Assembly (NCBI GenBank): GCA_913775215.1
Contig: CAJYKO010000376.1
Coordinates: 1-32,269, forward strand
Source of the DNA: an uncultured Devosia sp.
GTDB taxonomy: Bacteria; Pseudomonadota; Alphaproteobacteria; Rhizobiales; Devosiaceae
Direction: 5' to 3'
DNA: 32,269 bases
Shown here: piece after piece, positions 18,770 through 29,926 of the stretch
How positions within the stretch are numbered: position 1 is the first letter of the stretch
How the letters are laid out: each line of letters begins with the position of its first letter
The notes under the pieces: generated by a model
Database searches by the model: none
Told to the model about the DNA's origin: nothing
The model's input: the letters and a program-made list of their open reading frames with translations, nothing else
Translations under genes and position numbers: made by a program

Positions 18770-20227
18770 GTGCGCGTCTTCACCGCGGCCCTCGCCACCG
18801 AGACCAATACCTTCTCTCCCATCGCTGTCGACAAGCGTGCTTTCGAAGCCTCGCTCCATGCTGGGCCCGGCGAACATCCCACCACCCCCACCCTTTGCAC
18901 TGCCCCGATCACCGTCGGTCGTGAAGTGTGCGCGAAAGAAGGCTGGACCCTGATCGAAGGCAGTGCCTCCTGGGCCGATCCCGCCGGCCTCGTCGCGCGC
19001 CAAACTTATGAAGAGATGCGCGACACGATCCTCGGCCAGCTTGAGGCCGCCATGCCCGTGGACGCCGTCGTCCTCGGCCTTCACGGCGCCATGGTCGCCC
19101 AGGGCTATGACGATTGCGAAGGCGATCTGCTCGCCCGCGTCCGTGCCATCGTCGGTCCTGACATCCTGGTTTGCGCCGAACTCGACCCCCATAGCCATCT
19201 CACCGCCAAGCGCGCTGCGGCCGCCAATTTCTTCGTCTACTTCAAGGAATTCCCGCATACCGACTTCGTCGATCGCGCCCGCGACCTCTGGGACATCGCC
19301 GTCCGCACTCTCAAGGGCGAGATCAAGCCGGTCATGTCGATCTTCGATTGCCGGATGATCGACGTTTTCCCGACCTCCAAGCAGCCCATGCGCGGTTTCG
19401 TCGACAAGTTGCTTGCCCTCGAACAGTCCGAGCCCAGCCTTCTGTCCCTCTCCGTCGTCCACGGTTTCATGGCCGGAGACGTGCCCGAAATGGGCACCAA
19501 ACTGCTTGCGGTCACCGACAATGATCCCACCAGGGGCGCCGCCCTCGCCGAAACGCTCGGCCGCGAACTCTTTGCCATGCGCGGCACCTTCATGGTTGCG
19601 CAGGTCGATGAGCAAACCGCCGTCACCGCCGCCCTCGCCGCGCCCGAGGGGCCGGTGGTCATCGCCGATGTCTGGGACAATCCCGGCGGCGGCACGGCGG
19701 GCGATGCCACCGTCCTCCTCGCCGAGCTCATCCGCCAAAATGCCACCGACGTCGCCGTCGGCACCATCTGGGACCCGATCGCCGTCCAGATCTGTTTCGC
19801 CGCCGGCGAAGGCGCTGAAATCCAGCTTCGCTTCGGCGCCAAATCCGCGCCTTATACCGGTCAACCCATCGACAAGCGCGTCACGATAAAAAGGCTCGTC
19901 CGCGACGCCCAGATGCGCTTCGGCGAAAGTTTCGCCCCCTTCGGCGACGCGGCCTGGATCCACTTCGACGGCATCGACGTCATCCTCAACTCCACCCGCG
20001 CCCAGAGCTTTGATCCGAGCCTGTTCTCAGCCCTCGGTATCGATCCAAAATCGCGAAAGATCCTGCTGATCAAGTCGACCAACCACTTCTACGACTCGTT
20101 CTCGAAAATCGCGTCCGAGATCATCTACTGCTCGGCCGGCAAGCCCTATCCCAACCGCCCCGCCGAAACCGACTATCGCAAGGTACGCAGGGACATTTGG
20201 CCAATGGTGGAGAATCCGTGGGGGTGA
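18770..20227 (+). CDS. M81 family (MlrC-like) metallohydrolase, copy 1
   Basis: ETNTFSP, LHGAM, LDPHSH, EFPHTD and DNPGGG. GTG start at 18770. Confidence 0.92.
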   Translation: MRVFTAALATETNTFSPIAVDKRAFEASLHAGPGEHPTTPTLCTAPITVGREVCAKEGWTLIEGSASWADPAGLVARQTYEEMRDTILGQLEAAMPVDAVVLGLHGAMVAQGYDDCEGDLLARVRAIVGPDILVCAELDPHSHLTAKRAAAANFFVYFKEFPHTDFVDRARDLWDIAVRTLKGEIKPVMSIFDCRMIDVFPTSKQPMRGFVDKLLALEQSEPSLLSLSVVHGFMAGDVPEMGTKLLAVTDNDPTRGAALAETLGRELFAMRGTFMVAQVDEQTAVTAALAAPEGPVVIADVWDNPGGGTAGDATVLLAELIRQNATDVAVGTIWDPIAVQICFAAGEGAEIQLRFGAKSAPYTGQPIDKRVTIKRLVRDAQMRFGESFAPFGDAAWIHFDGIDVILNSTRAQSFDPSLFSALGIDPKSRKILLIKSTNHFYDSFSKIASEIIYCSAGKPYPNRPAETDYRKVRRDIWPMVENPWG

Positions 20228-20245
20228 TCTGTCCCAATCTCGATT

Positions 20246-20312
20246 GTCACCCCGGCTAAGGCAGGGGCCCATCCTGAAATCTCAAGATGGCTCCCCGCCT
20301 GCGCGGAGATGA
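20246..20312. repeat. REP-like doublet (GTCAYYCC type)
   Basis: GTCACCCCGGCTAAGGCAGGGGCCCATC ... GATGGCTCCCCGCCTGCGCGGAGATGA: an inverted pair of hairpins. Confidence 0.65.
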
Positions 20313-20381
20313 AAGCCGGTGCATAACGGAAGTCTAACCAACTCCGTCTTCCCCGCCGCTCAACGCTAACGGAATGCTAAC

Positions 20382-20409
20382 AAAAAGCCGCCGTTTCTGA
20401 GCGGCGGCT
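20382..20409 (-). terminator. Rho-independent terminator of the hexosaminidase transcript
   Basis: Minus strand AGCCGCCG-loop-CGGCGGCT followed by a T run, 20 nt after the stop. Confidence 0.75.
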
Positions 20410-20429
20410 CCTGTCATTTAAGGCTATTT

Positions 20430-22442
20430 TTACTCCGCCGCCCAATGCCCATACATGATCGGCATCAGCCCCACGAGCGCCCTGAACCGCTCCCAGCTTT
20501 TGCGCTCCGGCAACGTCCAACCGGCTTCCGCAATCGCCGAAAGCCGTGGGAAAACAAGGCGATCGAAGATGGCGCGATCCGTCATTGACTCGCTCCAGAT
20601 GCAGCTCTGAATCCCGAGAAGGTGCTTCAAGCCATCTTCCGAAAACCCTTCCCGGGCCTCGAACTCATAGGTCTCCTGCGGACCCGACCAGCCAGCCCAA
20701 CCGGCACCCGGCTCGGCCCAGGAAATTCCGTTTGCCATATCAAGGTAATAGCGCTGACCGGGCGAGACGACGATATCAAATCCGCGCTCAGCGAGCGCCG
20801 CATTGATCTCCACATTGCGCCAGCCGATGACATAGGATTTCGCCTTGTCCACCGCATCGCCATGCGCCGCTTCTTCCCAGCCGCCTGTTATCGCGCCCTT
20901 CGAAGAAATATAAGCGTGCACGCGCTTGATGAACTCGGCCTGGAGGATCGCGGTCGGTGAGCCTTCAATTTCGTCGGCGCCGTGATGATTGCCCAACTGG
21001 TTGAATTGCTTGGCATGTTTCTCGCGCATGGCGGGGCCGGCCATCTTCTCGAGCATGTCGAGCGCCAGCGGCGAGCCCGACCAGGCCGCCAGCGGCACTT
21101 CGTCGGCACCGAGGTGGAAAATGCCCGCCGGGAACAGCTCAAGCACTTCGTCGATCACCGTTTCGACGAACTTATACACGGGCTCATGCGCCGGATTTAG
21201 ACTGTTGTTCGGAAAGCCCTGAACCGATTGGTATTCACCGGTCTCGTTGGGGTCGCGCAATTCGGGGAGGGCCTGCAGCGCCGCATAAAAGTGTCCGGGC
21301 ATATCGACTTCCGGGATCACGGCAATGCCAAGACTATCGGCCAGCGCCACGATCTGCCGGATGACTGCCTTCGAATAAAAGCCGCCGGTCGGCTGCGGAC
21401 CAGAGCCAAGCAGCGGCGGCAAGGCCTTGCCGTGACCGCGCCAGGCCGCAACCTCGGTCAGTGCAGGATAGGCGTCGATCTCGATGCGCCAGGCCTCGTC
21501 TTCGGTCAGATGCCAGTGGAACTTGTTCATCTTGTTCCAGGCCATGATCTTGATGAGCTGGCTCACCTCGGCCCCGGTATAGAACTGCCGCGCCACATCG
21601 AGATGGCTACCGCGGAAGGCAAAGCCCGGCTCGTCGCTGATCGTGCCGCCGGTCGGGAAGCTGAACGTATGCGGATAAAGCTTTGCGCCGCGCAACATAT
21701 GCCCGAGCGTTACGAGGCCATAAAACAGCCCCTGCCGCGTCGTCGCCCCGACGCTGACGCTGTTCTCGCTGAATGCCAGCTCATAGGCTTCCGGCCCCAT
21801 GCCCGGCTTTTCGGCGATTGTCACCGGCATGCCGGCTTCTGAAGCCGGCCGCACCAGCGCTTCCACCGGGAAAAGATCATGCGTGAGCCCGGTAAAGGCC
21901 GTCGCCGCCCGGTTCGCTGCCACGCCCTGCGGCTGCAGGTCAAGCCCGACCGGCGCGATGCGCGATCCCGTCGTCGCCACAGATTTGGGCCAGGGACTGA
22001 TCGAATGCGCCACCGGCGCCTTGGCCGGCACCGGGAACTTTACCGCCCCCTTCAAAAGCGGCGCATTGTGTCCCTTGCCCTTGGTCGGCAAAGTCGGAAT
22101 GGTCACGACCTGCCCATTTCCCAGCACCACATAGGCCGAATTTGCGCCGTCGCTCCAATGCCTTAGCCCATAGGAGAGCCCACGCGCCGTCGCCGTCCAG
22201 GTCCCGCCGGGTTCAAGCACGAAACCATCGGGCGGTGCGATCAGCGTGTGGTTGGAGAGGCGTTTTAGGAGCTTGCCATTTTCCAGCGTCGCATGCGGAT
22301 CGACCCGCGCCGGCCCCGAAAACCCAAGCTGGAAATTGCTGACCGGTTCGTCGCCGATATTGGTCAACTCGATGCCATAGCCCAGCGCCTCGCTGTCGGA
22401 GGCTGGAGTCCAGGTGGTGACGAGCGAAAATTGTGCGGTCAT
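20430..22442 (-). CDS. GH20 beta-N-acetylhexosaminidase, no signal peptide
   Basis: FRGSHLDVARQF, HWHLTEDEAWR, PEVDMPGH, catalytic HLGADE, IWSE and FPRLSAIAE. Confidence 0.95.
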   Translation of the reverse strand: MTAQFSLVTTWTPASDSEALGYGIELTNIGDEPVSNFQLGFSGPARVDPHATLENGKLLKRLSNHTLIAPPDGFVLEPGGTWTATARGLSYGLRHWSDGANSAYVVLGNGQVVTIPTLPTKGKGHNAPLLKGAVKFPVPAKAPVAHSISPWPKSVATTGSRIAPVGLDLQPQGVAANRAATAFTGLTHDLFPVEALVRPASEAGMPVTIAEKPGMGPEAYELAFSENSVSVGATTRQGLFYGLVTLGHMLRGAKLYPHTFSFPTGGTISDEPGFAFRGSHLDVARQFYTGAEVSQLIKIMAWNKMNKFHWHLTEDEAWRIEIDAYPALTEVAAWRGHGKALPPLLGSGPQPTGGFYSKAVIRQIVALADSLGIAVIPEVDMPGHFYAALQALPELRDPNETGEYQSVQGFPNNSLNPAHEPVYKFVETVIDEVLELFPAGIFHLGADEVPLAAWSGSPLALDMLEKMAGPAMREKHAKQFNQLGNHHGADEIEGSPTAILQAEFIKRVHAYISSKGAITGGWEEAAHGDAVDKAKSYVIGWRNVEINAALAERGFDIVVSPGQRYYLDMANGISWAEPGAGWAGWSGPQETYEFEAREGFSEDGLKHLLGIQSCIWSESMTDRAIFDRLVFPRLSAIAEAGWTLPERKSWERFRALVGLMPIMYGHWAAE

Positions 22443-22485
22443 ACTTCTAATTCCTAATATCTTTCAATATCTTGGCTTGAACACA

Positions 22486-22549
22486 TCATTCCCGCGCCAG
22501 CAGGAATCGCTGCTGGAGCAAAAGCGATTTCCTGCTTGCGCGGAAATGC
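22486..22549. repeat. REP-like doublet
   Basis: TCATTCCCGCGCCAGCAGGAATCGCT...AGCGATTTCCTGCTTGCGCGGAAATGC inverted pair. Confidence 0.65.
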
Positions 22550-22550
22550 C

Positions 22551-23417
22551 CTAATCCCCGAGCGGCTGCCCGTCGTCGCCATCGCGATTGACGACGAGCT
22601 GGTGCTTGATGCGGCGCATGCTGGCGACGGCCGAAGGGCCGAGCCGGGTCGCAATGGTTTGGGCCAGAACATCGACCGTCGCAAGAAAGGCATAGCGGCC
22701 GGGCGTGGGCCGCAGGATATCGGCGTTCTCATGCCAATTGACCGGCAGCAGAATGTCGGATTGTGCCGAGACCAGCGACCCCGATCGCGTCGCAACCACC
22801 CGCGTCAGCCCATATTCACCCGCCACCGTCAGCGTCTTGGCGAGCTGCGCATTGTTGCCCGAGAGCGAGAAAGCAACGATCACCGTACCGGCCGGCGCAG
22901 CCGCAACACGCATCAGTTGCAGTTGGTGGTCGTCGGTCGAAGCGACCTTTAGACCCAGCCGGAACAGCCGCGTTTCGATTTCGCCGGCCATCATCGACGA
23001 GGCGCCGCCAGAACCGAAGGACAGCACAAAGCTCGACTTCGCGATGCTCTCCGCTGCCCGCTCCACTGCATTGAAATCAAGCTGTTCGAAGGTTTCGTAG
23101 ATGATCGACTGGATGCCGTTGACGACGCCCTGCGCGATCTCATGCACATTGGTCGGCCCGGCAGCCGGGGCGAAATAGCGCTGGCCGACAAAGCGAGATT
23201 GGGCCAGCCGCACCTTAAAGTCGGCGTAGGAATCGCAGCCGAGCCGGCGGCAAAAGCGGGTCACCGTCGGTGGCGACACCTCCGCCTGGGCCGCAAGATC
23301 GACGATGCTGAGCTTGAGAACGCTATCGACATCGGCGAGCACGATCTCGGTCAAGGCGCGCTCGGACCGCGTAAAGCCGTTCTTTTCGGTCTGCAACAGG
23401 CCGACGATGTCGAGCAT
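22551..23417 (-). CDS. MurR/RpiR family transcriptional regulator
   Basis: HTH VSPPTVTRFCRRLGCDSYADFK plus a SIS domain (FSLSG). GGAGG RBS before ATG 23417. Confidence 0.93.
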   Translation of the reverse strand: MLDIVGLLQTEKNGFTRSERALTEIVLADVDSVLKLSIVDLAAQAEVSPPTVTRFCRRLGCDSYADFKVRLAQSRFVGQRYFAPAAGPTNVHEIAQGVVNGIQSIIYETFEQLDFNAVERAAESIAKSSFVLSFGSGGASSMMAGEIETRLFRLGLKVASTDDHQLQLMRVAAAPAGTVIVAFSLSGNNAQLAKTLTVAGEYGLTRVVATRSGSLVSAQSDILLPVNWHENADILRPTPGRYAFLATVDVLAQTIATRLGPSAVASMRRIKHQLVVNRDGDDGQPLGD

Positions 23418-23445
23418 GGTCCCTCCCCCGGAGAGCATGACGCGG

Positions 23446-24522
<1,077 letters not shown>

Positions 24523-24581
24523 TTTGCGCGGCTCCGGTCGGCGGGGCGGTTCCCGCGGGCAGGCATTCTGGGAAAGTGTGG

Positions 24582-24611
24582 CCACCGCCGCCCCCGAGAG
24601 GGCGACGGCGG
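24582..24611 (-). terminator. Stem-loop 3' of the solute-binding protein gene
   Basis: 12-bp stem that pairs fully only on the minus (mRNA) strand via two G-U pairs. No U-tract. Confidence 0.6.
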
Positions 24612-24623
24612 GATCAGACGAGG

Positions 24624-25847
24624 TTACTTGTACTGCTCGAGTTCTGCAGCGGCCGTCTCGAGGGCAGCCTGCGGCTCGGCAGCGCCGGTCACGACGGACT
24701 GCACCATCTCGATCAGCGTGTTCTGCAGGCCGATATAGTCGGTGAACAGCGGCTCGGGACCACCGAATTCGATGCCGTCGAGGAACGGCTTCCAATAGGG
24801 CTTTTCGGCGAGGAGCTCAGCTGTTTGCGGCTCAAGCGGACGGAGAGGGGTCAGGCCCTGTGCCATTTCGGCATCCCACTGGCGTTCGCCGGATGTGATG
24901 TACTTGGCAAGGCTAGTTGCCTGCTCTTCCACCCCTGTACCCTTGAAAATGGCAAGTGCGTCGGTGATCAGCAGCGTGCCAGGACCCTTGGCATCCGGGC
25001 CGAGTGGCAGCGGTGCAACGCCCCAGTTCATACCCTTCTCGGTGGCAAGGTTACCAGCGTTGGGAGAGGCTTCGATCATGGCGACGCCACCATCGAGCCA
25101 GATCGCGCGAACTTCGTTTTGTTCGTAGGCGGTCGGGCCCTCTTCGGAATAGGGCGTGATGTCCTTGATTGCGGTGAGGGCAGCCAGGACCTGCGGGGAA
25201 TTGATGACGATATTGCCATCGGCGTCGATCACGAGACCATCATTGGTGTAAACCCAATGAAGGAACTGATGCATGGTGTTGTCAAAGGTTTTGGCGACGA
25301 GGCCATAGCCCGCAGCGTCAGTCTTTTCGGTAATCTGCTTGGCGAAAGCGATTTTTTCTTCCCAAGTCTTGGGCGGCGTTTCCGGATCAAGCCCGGCCGC
25401 TTCGAACAGGTCCTTGTTCCAGTAGAGGGCTTTGGTCGAGAAAGCGACAGGAACGCCCCACTGTGTACCATCGAAGGTGACTGTATCAGGGACGTAGTTG
25501 TAGTAACTCGCTTTCTCTTCGTCGGTCATGGGCACGGGGACAATCAGGTCGTTCTGGGCGAACTGCTTGAGCGTGCGCGAGCCGACATAGGCGAGTGCAA
25601 CCGGCGTGCCCGCGGCAGCCAGTGTGGTTACCTTGTCCTGGCACTGCCCCCAGCCGACCACTTCTGGCACGACCTTATAACCTGGGTTTTCGGCTTCCCA
25701 CTCAGCGAAATAGTCAGCGTAGCCAGCGGTCAGCTCGTCGCCGCAGTTGATGAAGGAGATTTCCTTCACGTCCTGAGCGAATGCACCGGTCGAAGCGCTG
25801 GTCAATGCCAGCATCGAGACGGCCATCAAACCGAAAGTCTTGTTCAT
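24624..25847 (-). CDS. Carbohydrate ABC transporter substrate-binding protein
   Basis: Signal peptide MNKTFGLMAVSMLAL...AFA and LYWNKDLFEAAG..PKTWEE. GGGAG RBS. Confidence 0.93.
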   Translation of the reverse strand: MNKTFGLMAVSMLALTSASTGAFAQDVKEISFINCGDELTAGYADYFAEWEAENPGYKVVPEVVGWGQCQDKVTTLAAAGTPVALAYVGSRTLKQFAQNDLIVPVPMTDEEKASYYNYVPDTVTFDGTQWGVPVAFSTKALYWNKDLFEAAGLDPETPPKTWEEKIAFAKQITEKTDAAGYGLVAKTFDNTMHQFLHWVYTNDGLVIDADGNIVINSPQVLAALTAIKDITPYSEEGPTAYEQNEVRAIWLDGGVAMIEASPNAGNLATEKGMNWGVAPLPLGPDAKGPGTLLITDALAIFKGTGVEEQATSLAKYITSGERQWDAEMAQGLTPLRPLEPQTAELLAEKPYWKPFLDGIEFGGPEPLFTDYIGLQNTLIEMVQSVVTGAAEPQAALETAAAELEQYK

Positions 25848-25945
25848 TATAGTCTCCCTTGATTTGGGTCCCCTCGGACCCACTTCGGAAACCGGTCGTC
25901 GCCTTTTGGAACGTCGAGCGGTTTCCAATTCTATGTGCGTCCCGC

Positions 25946-26914
25946 CTATTGCTTGACGGCCCCTGCTGTCAGGCCGGCGACAAGATAGCGCTGTAGGAAC
26001 ACGATCACGACCATGACCGGCAAAATGCCGACGAAAGAGGCCGCCATCAGCTCATTCCAGACCACTTCCTGCTTGCCAAAGAACGCAAATAGCCCGATCG
26101 GCAGCGGCATGAATTCGGTCTTTGAATTGAAGGTCAGTGCAAAGATGAACTGCTGAGCATAGGCGCCAATGAAAGTCATGATCGCAACAACGACGATGCC
26201 GGGCATGGCAAGCGGCAGGATAACGCGGCGCAGTGTGTAGATGCGGCTCGCACCGTCGACCCAGGCGGCTTCGTCGAGCTCACGCGGAATACGCATCATA
26301 TAGGTTCGCAAGAGCCAAATCGAGGATGGGATCAGGAAGGCTGCTCCTGGCACGATCATGGCGAAATATGTGTTGAGCAGACCCAGGCTGCGCATCAGGC
26401 GGAACAGTGGGATCAGAAGCACGGCGCCCGAGAACATGTTCACGGCAAGAAACAGGCCCAGCAGTACGCCAGCGCCAGCGAAGTTGAAGCGAGCAAACGC
26501 GTAGGCGGCAGGGACGACGATGATGACCACGATCAGCGTCACAATGCTCGAGATGAAGAAGGAATTGAAGATGTGCATGCCCAGCATGGGGACCGAGGTC
26601 CACATGTTGATATAGGCATCGAATGACCAGACCTTGGGGATGAAGCTATAGGGTGTCGAAAAAAGCTGCGAGAGCGGCTTGAGCGAGACAAGGAAGCCTT
26701 CAATGAAGGGAGCCAGCACGAAAAATAGAAAGACAGCTATTCCGAGATAGAGCCCGGCGACCTCGTACCACTTATAGCGGTCGATCATGGCCTTGGCTGG
26801 CTTGGTACGGGATTTCATACGCTGCTTGGCGCTGACTGCCGCCAAGCCCGCAGTCCCCGCAGCAAGCGGATAGGAGCCCGTAGGTACCGGGGAATTGGCG
26901 TTTTCAGCGCTCAT
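25946..26914 (-). CDS. Carbohydrate ABC transporter permease (MalG-like)
   Basis: EAA motif IPRELDEAAWVDGAS; six TM segments. Confidence 0.93.
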   Translation of the reverse strand: MSAENANSPVPTGSYPLAAGTAGLAAVSAKQRMKSRTKPAKAMIDRYKWYEVAGLYLGIAVFLFFVLAPFIEGFLVSLKPLSQLFSTPYSFIPKVWSFDAYINMWTSVPMLGMHIFNSFFISSIVTLIVVIIVVPAAYAFARFNFAGAGVLLGLFLAVNMFSGAVLLIPLFRLMRSLGLLNTYFAMIVPGAAFLIPSSIWLLRTYMMRIPRELDEAAWVDGASRIYTLRRVILPLAMPGIVVVAIMTFIGAYAQQFIFALTFNSKTEFMPLPIGLFAFFGKQEVVWNELMAASFVGILPVMVVIVFLQRYLVAGLTAGAVKQ

Positions 26915-27798
26915 TTGGCTTCTCCCTGCTGGAGCCTGCGAACCGCACGGAAATAGGCCAGGCAGAAGATCGACACGAAGATACAGATGACGACGGCCCG
27001 AGCAGCGCCTTCCCCATATTTACGGCTGCCGATTGCGGTCTTGTAGGTGTCGATGATCATGGTCGTGGTCGATCCCGAGGGACCGCCCTGGGTCAGGATC
27101 CAGATGATGTCGAACGAATTGAATGTGGCGATGAGCGAAAGTAGGCTCATTGTGATGATAGCCGGCACCATCAGCGGCAGCGTGATCCGGCGGAAGCGAT
27201 AGGCGCGGCCGGCGCCATCAGTCCAAGCCGCCTCATAAAGATCCTTGGGGATCGATTGCATGGCAGCTAGGAAATAGATCGTCACCATCGGGACTCCGAT
27301 CCAGACGTCGGTGATGATCGTCGCCCAGAAGGCGGTATTGCCATAGGCGAGCCAGGCGACCGGACCATTGACGATTCCGAAGTTCTGAAGGAGCCCGGAG
27401 ATCATCCCGAACTGGCCGTTATACATCCAGCCCCACATGAAAATCCCGATCGCCATGGGGACGATCCAGGGCGGCATGGTCAGCACCCGAAAGAGCGTCT
27501 GACCGGGAATGGCGGCATTGAGCAAAACTGCACCGCACATCCCGATGATCATCTTGATCGAAACCGAAAAGAAGGTCCAAACGAAGGTGCGAATGATCAC
27601 GTCGGTAAAATTGCCCGCACCGAAGATGCGCAGGTAATTGGTCCAGCCGACAAAATCATAGGTCTGCTTGAGCGATGCGTTGGTAAAACTGAGAAGGACC
27701 GTATCAAAGAGCGGATAGGCGACGATCACCGTGATGTAAATCAGTGCCGGAGCCAGCAGGGCGAAGGCGAAGAGTGTTGCGCTACGGGTGCTGGTCAT
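26911..27798 (-). CDS. Carbohydrate ABC transporter permease (MalF-like)
   Basis: IPKDLYEAAWTDGA and FVGWTNY. GGAG RBS before ATG 27798. Confidence 0.93.
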   Translation of the reverse strand: MTSTRSATLFAFALLAPALIYITVIVAYPLFDTVLLSFTNASLKQTYDFVGWTNYLRIFGAGNFTDVIIRTFVWTFFSVSIKMIIGMCGAVLLNAAIPGQTLFRVLTMPPWIVPMAIGIFMWGWMYNGQFGMISGLLQNFGIVNGPVAWLAYGNTAFWATIITDVWIGVPMVTIYFLAAMQSIPKDLYEAAWTDGAGRAYRFRRITLPLMVPAIITMSLLSLIATFNSFDIIWILTQGGPSGSTTTMIIDTYKTAIGSRKYGEGAARAVVICIFVSIFCLAYFRAVRRLQQGEAK

Positions 27799-27811
27799 CG
27801 GCTTTTCTCCC

Positions 27812-28966
27812 TCAGCTCGCTCGGCCCAAGGCGGCATCGAAGCGCTGCCAGATCGGGGCCATATCGACGACGGTCCTGGTTTTCATCGCCTCATCCATCG
27901 AGAGCGCCAGGAGCCCCGCCTCAAGCGCATCGATCACAGAAACCGGCAGCGGCGCACCTTCGATCATGTGCTTCAAGATGTCTTCGGCCATCTGCTCGTC
28001 GGCCCCATAATGGGCCGAGAGATCACTCGCCTGATAGGTCTTGTCTTCGAGCCGCTCGGACGTGCGGCTATCGGTGACCTTGAAATAATTGCGGACGAAA
28101 TCGCCCTCTGCCATGCCCCTGGCGCCGATCACGGCAAAGCGGCGGTAATCGTCGGGCACGTTGAGATTGGTGTGGAAGGTCAGCGCCGCACCGTTTTCGT
28201 ACTGCACCATCGCAGTCTGGAAATCGATGATGTCGCCATCGCTGTCGAAGACGTTTTCCGTGCCTTCCCAGCCCGACGGCTTGCGGTGATAGACTTCGAG
28301 GTCGTTGGCACCCGCGCCTTGCGGCGCATTCTTGGGCACGAAGCTGCGTCGGCCGCCAAAGCTCGAGACATAATGCGGGCGGCAGCCCATGACCCCATTA
28401 TAGAGATCAAGATCGTGGCAGCACTTTTCGAGCATGAAGCCGCCGGCATATTTGGCGTACCGCCGCCAATCGCGCATGAAAAAGGCGCCGTGATAGGGCG
28501 GAATGGTTTCGGACGCCTCGATGGCAGCAATATCGCCGATCTTGCCTTCGGCCTGAGCCTTGCGCAGATCGATATAGAGCGGGGCATAGCGCAGCACGAG
28601 GCCGACCATGACATTGTCCGAGCCATATTGGGCGATGAGCTCGGCCAGTGCCATGGTTTCTTCAACCGAGGTCACGACGGGCTTTTCGGCAAAAATCTTC
28701 ATGCCGCGTTCAAGCCCAATCCGAATGTGCTCAAGATGCATATGATTGGGCGAACCGACCATCAGGAGGTCGAGATTGCCTTCGTCGATCAACGCCTCAA
28801 GCGAGCCATAGGCCTTGCCGACGGAAACGCCATGTTCTTGGGTGTAGGGCAGGCCGGCCGGCGCTGGGTCGACATAGCCAACGATCTCGAAATCGTCCCG
28901 CGCCGCTGTAAAAACGCGCGCCAGATATGCAAGACGATAGCCGAGGCCGATAATGCCTACCCGCAT
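27812..28966 (-). CDS. Gfo/Idh/MocA family oxidoreductase
   Basis: GIIGLGYR, SPNHMH, FAEKP and EKCCHDLD. Confidence 0.93.
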   Translation of the reverse strand: MRVGIIGLGYRLAYLARVFTAARDDFEIVGYVDPAPAGLPYTQEHGVSVGKAYGSLEALIDEGNLDLLMVGSPNHMHLEHIRIGLERGMKIFAEKPVVTSVEETMALAELIAQYGSDNVMVGLVLRYAPLYIDLRKAQAEGKIGDIAAIEASETIPPYHGAFFMRDWRRYAKYAGGFMLEKCCHDLDLYNGVMGCRPHYVSSFGGRRSFVPKNAPQGAGANDLEVYHRKPSGWEGTENVFDSDGDIIDFQTAMVQYENGAALTFHTNLNVPDDYRRFAVIGARGMAEGDFVRNYFKVTDSRTSERLEDKTYQASDLSAHYGADEQMAEDILKHMIEGAPLPVSVIDALEAGLLALSMDEAMKTRTVVDMAPIWQRFDAALGRAS

Positions 28967-29022
28967 GACGACGATATTCCCTGCCTATAAACCGCGAGCC
29001 TCTTTTTGGGCCGCTGTCGTTG

Positions 29023-29037
29023 TGTAAACTATTTTCA
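29023..29037. promoter_or_regulatory. Candidate RpiR-type operator upstream of the gfo-ABC operon
   Basis: TGTAA-ACTAT-TTTCA. Confidence 0.5.
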
Positions 29038-29267
29038 AGCCTAGGCGGCTAAATGACACAATGTCAACATAAATTCGGATGCCTGACAATACCAATTTAA
29101 ACCACCCGCTTGCACTGCCCTTTTGGGCAGCACTTTGCTTTATTTCTAAGCTTTTAGTCGGAGTTTGTCAGCATTTTGGGTGTGGACAAGATCCGGCTTT
29201 CATCGCAGCATGATGCAATTGGTATCCATGTGGCCTCTTTCAGGATTGGCCCTTGGAATGACATGTC

Positions 29268-29282
29268 TGAAAATCTGATACA
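29268..29282. promoter_or_regulatory. Weaker candidate RpiR-type operator upstream of the rightward genes
   Basis: TGAAA-ATCTG-ATACA. Confidence 0.35.
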
Positions 29283-29336
29283 GTCGCCGGAAACCGTTCG
29301 CTCACGCAGCAAGGTGGCTGGCGCAGAGGAAGCCTA

Positions 29337-29831
29337 GTGAGCCTGTCCGCGAACCCTTTTCCCAACGACGCCGATCGCTCGGCCATCTGGACCATGCTGG
29401 TCCCACGCGATATCGCCGCCTATGTCGCCGCCGACTGGTCCATGGTCGAAGGCGATTTCGTCGCCGATGATTTCATGGGCATCAACGGCAACAAGAACGA
29501 CAACCCCGATGGCTGGACCATCAGCTTTCCCACTCTTGCCGAATATCGCGACGAATGGCTGCGACAGGCCCACGAAGGCCAAGCCCAATCCTATGCCGAA
29601 GACGTGGAAGCCGGCATTCATCGCGCCACGAGCCTCAACGAAATCGAAATCACCGGCACCCGCGCGATTGCGCACAAGAAATTCAATGGCGAAATCAAGC
29701 TCAGCAATGGCGGCGTCGATCGCCTGAATTGGCAAACCCTCTACTTCTGCCGCAAGGTCGAGGGGCAATGGAAGCTGACGGGGTTCGTGGGTTATTTGCC
29801 CTATCCGATGGGCTTGCCGACGTCCCGCTAG
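29337..29831 (+). CDS. NTF2/SnoaL-like hypothetical protein
   Basis: DIAAYVAADW helix, then beta strands ending CRKVEGQWKLTGF. GAGGA RBS, GTG start. Confidence 0.75.
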   Translation: MSLSANPFPNDADRSAIWTMLVPRDIAAYVAADWSMVEGDFVADDFMGINGNKNDNPDGWTISFPTLAEYRDEWLRQAHEGQAQSYAEDVEAGIHRATSLNEIEITGTRAIAHKKFNGEIKLSNGGVDRLNWQTLYFCRKVEGQWKLTGFVGYLPYPMGLPTSR

Positions 29832-29833
29832 GG

Positions 29834-29893
29834 CAAATCGCTCCAGTGGAGCGAATTGAGGCGGCAAGGCCATGAGAGCTATGCTCGAATGGC
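29834..29893. repeat. Double-hairpin intergenic palindromic element
   Basis: CAAATCGCTCCAGTGGAGCGAATTG and GCCATGAGAGCTATGCTCGAATGGC hairpins. Confidence 0.55.
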
Positions 29894-29926
29894 TGGATAG
29901 CTCCCAACTTCCGGCACTCTCCTATT

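Noticed and set aside
18770-20227. Microcystin degradation cluster
   Set aside because: No mlrA/mlrB/mlrD-like genes; the context is amino-sugar metabolism.
20366-20381. CTAA-N7-CTAAC CtrA-like motif
   Set aside because: Two mismatches, and it lies between convergent genes with no obvious target.
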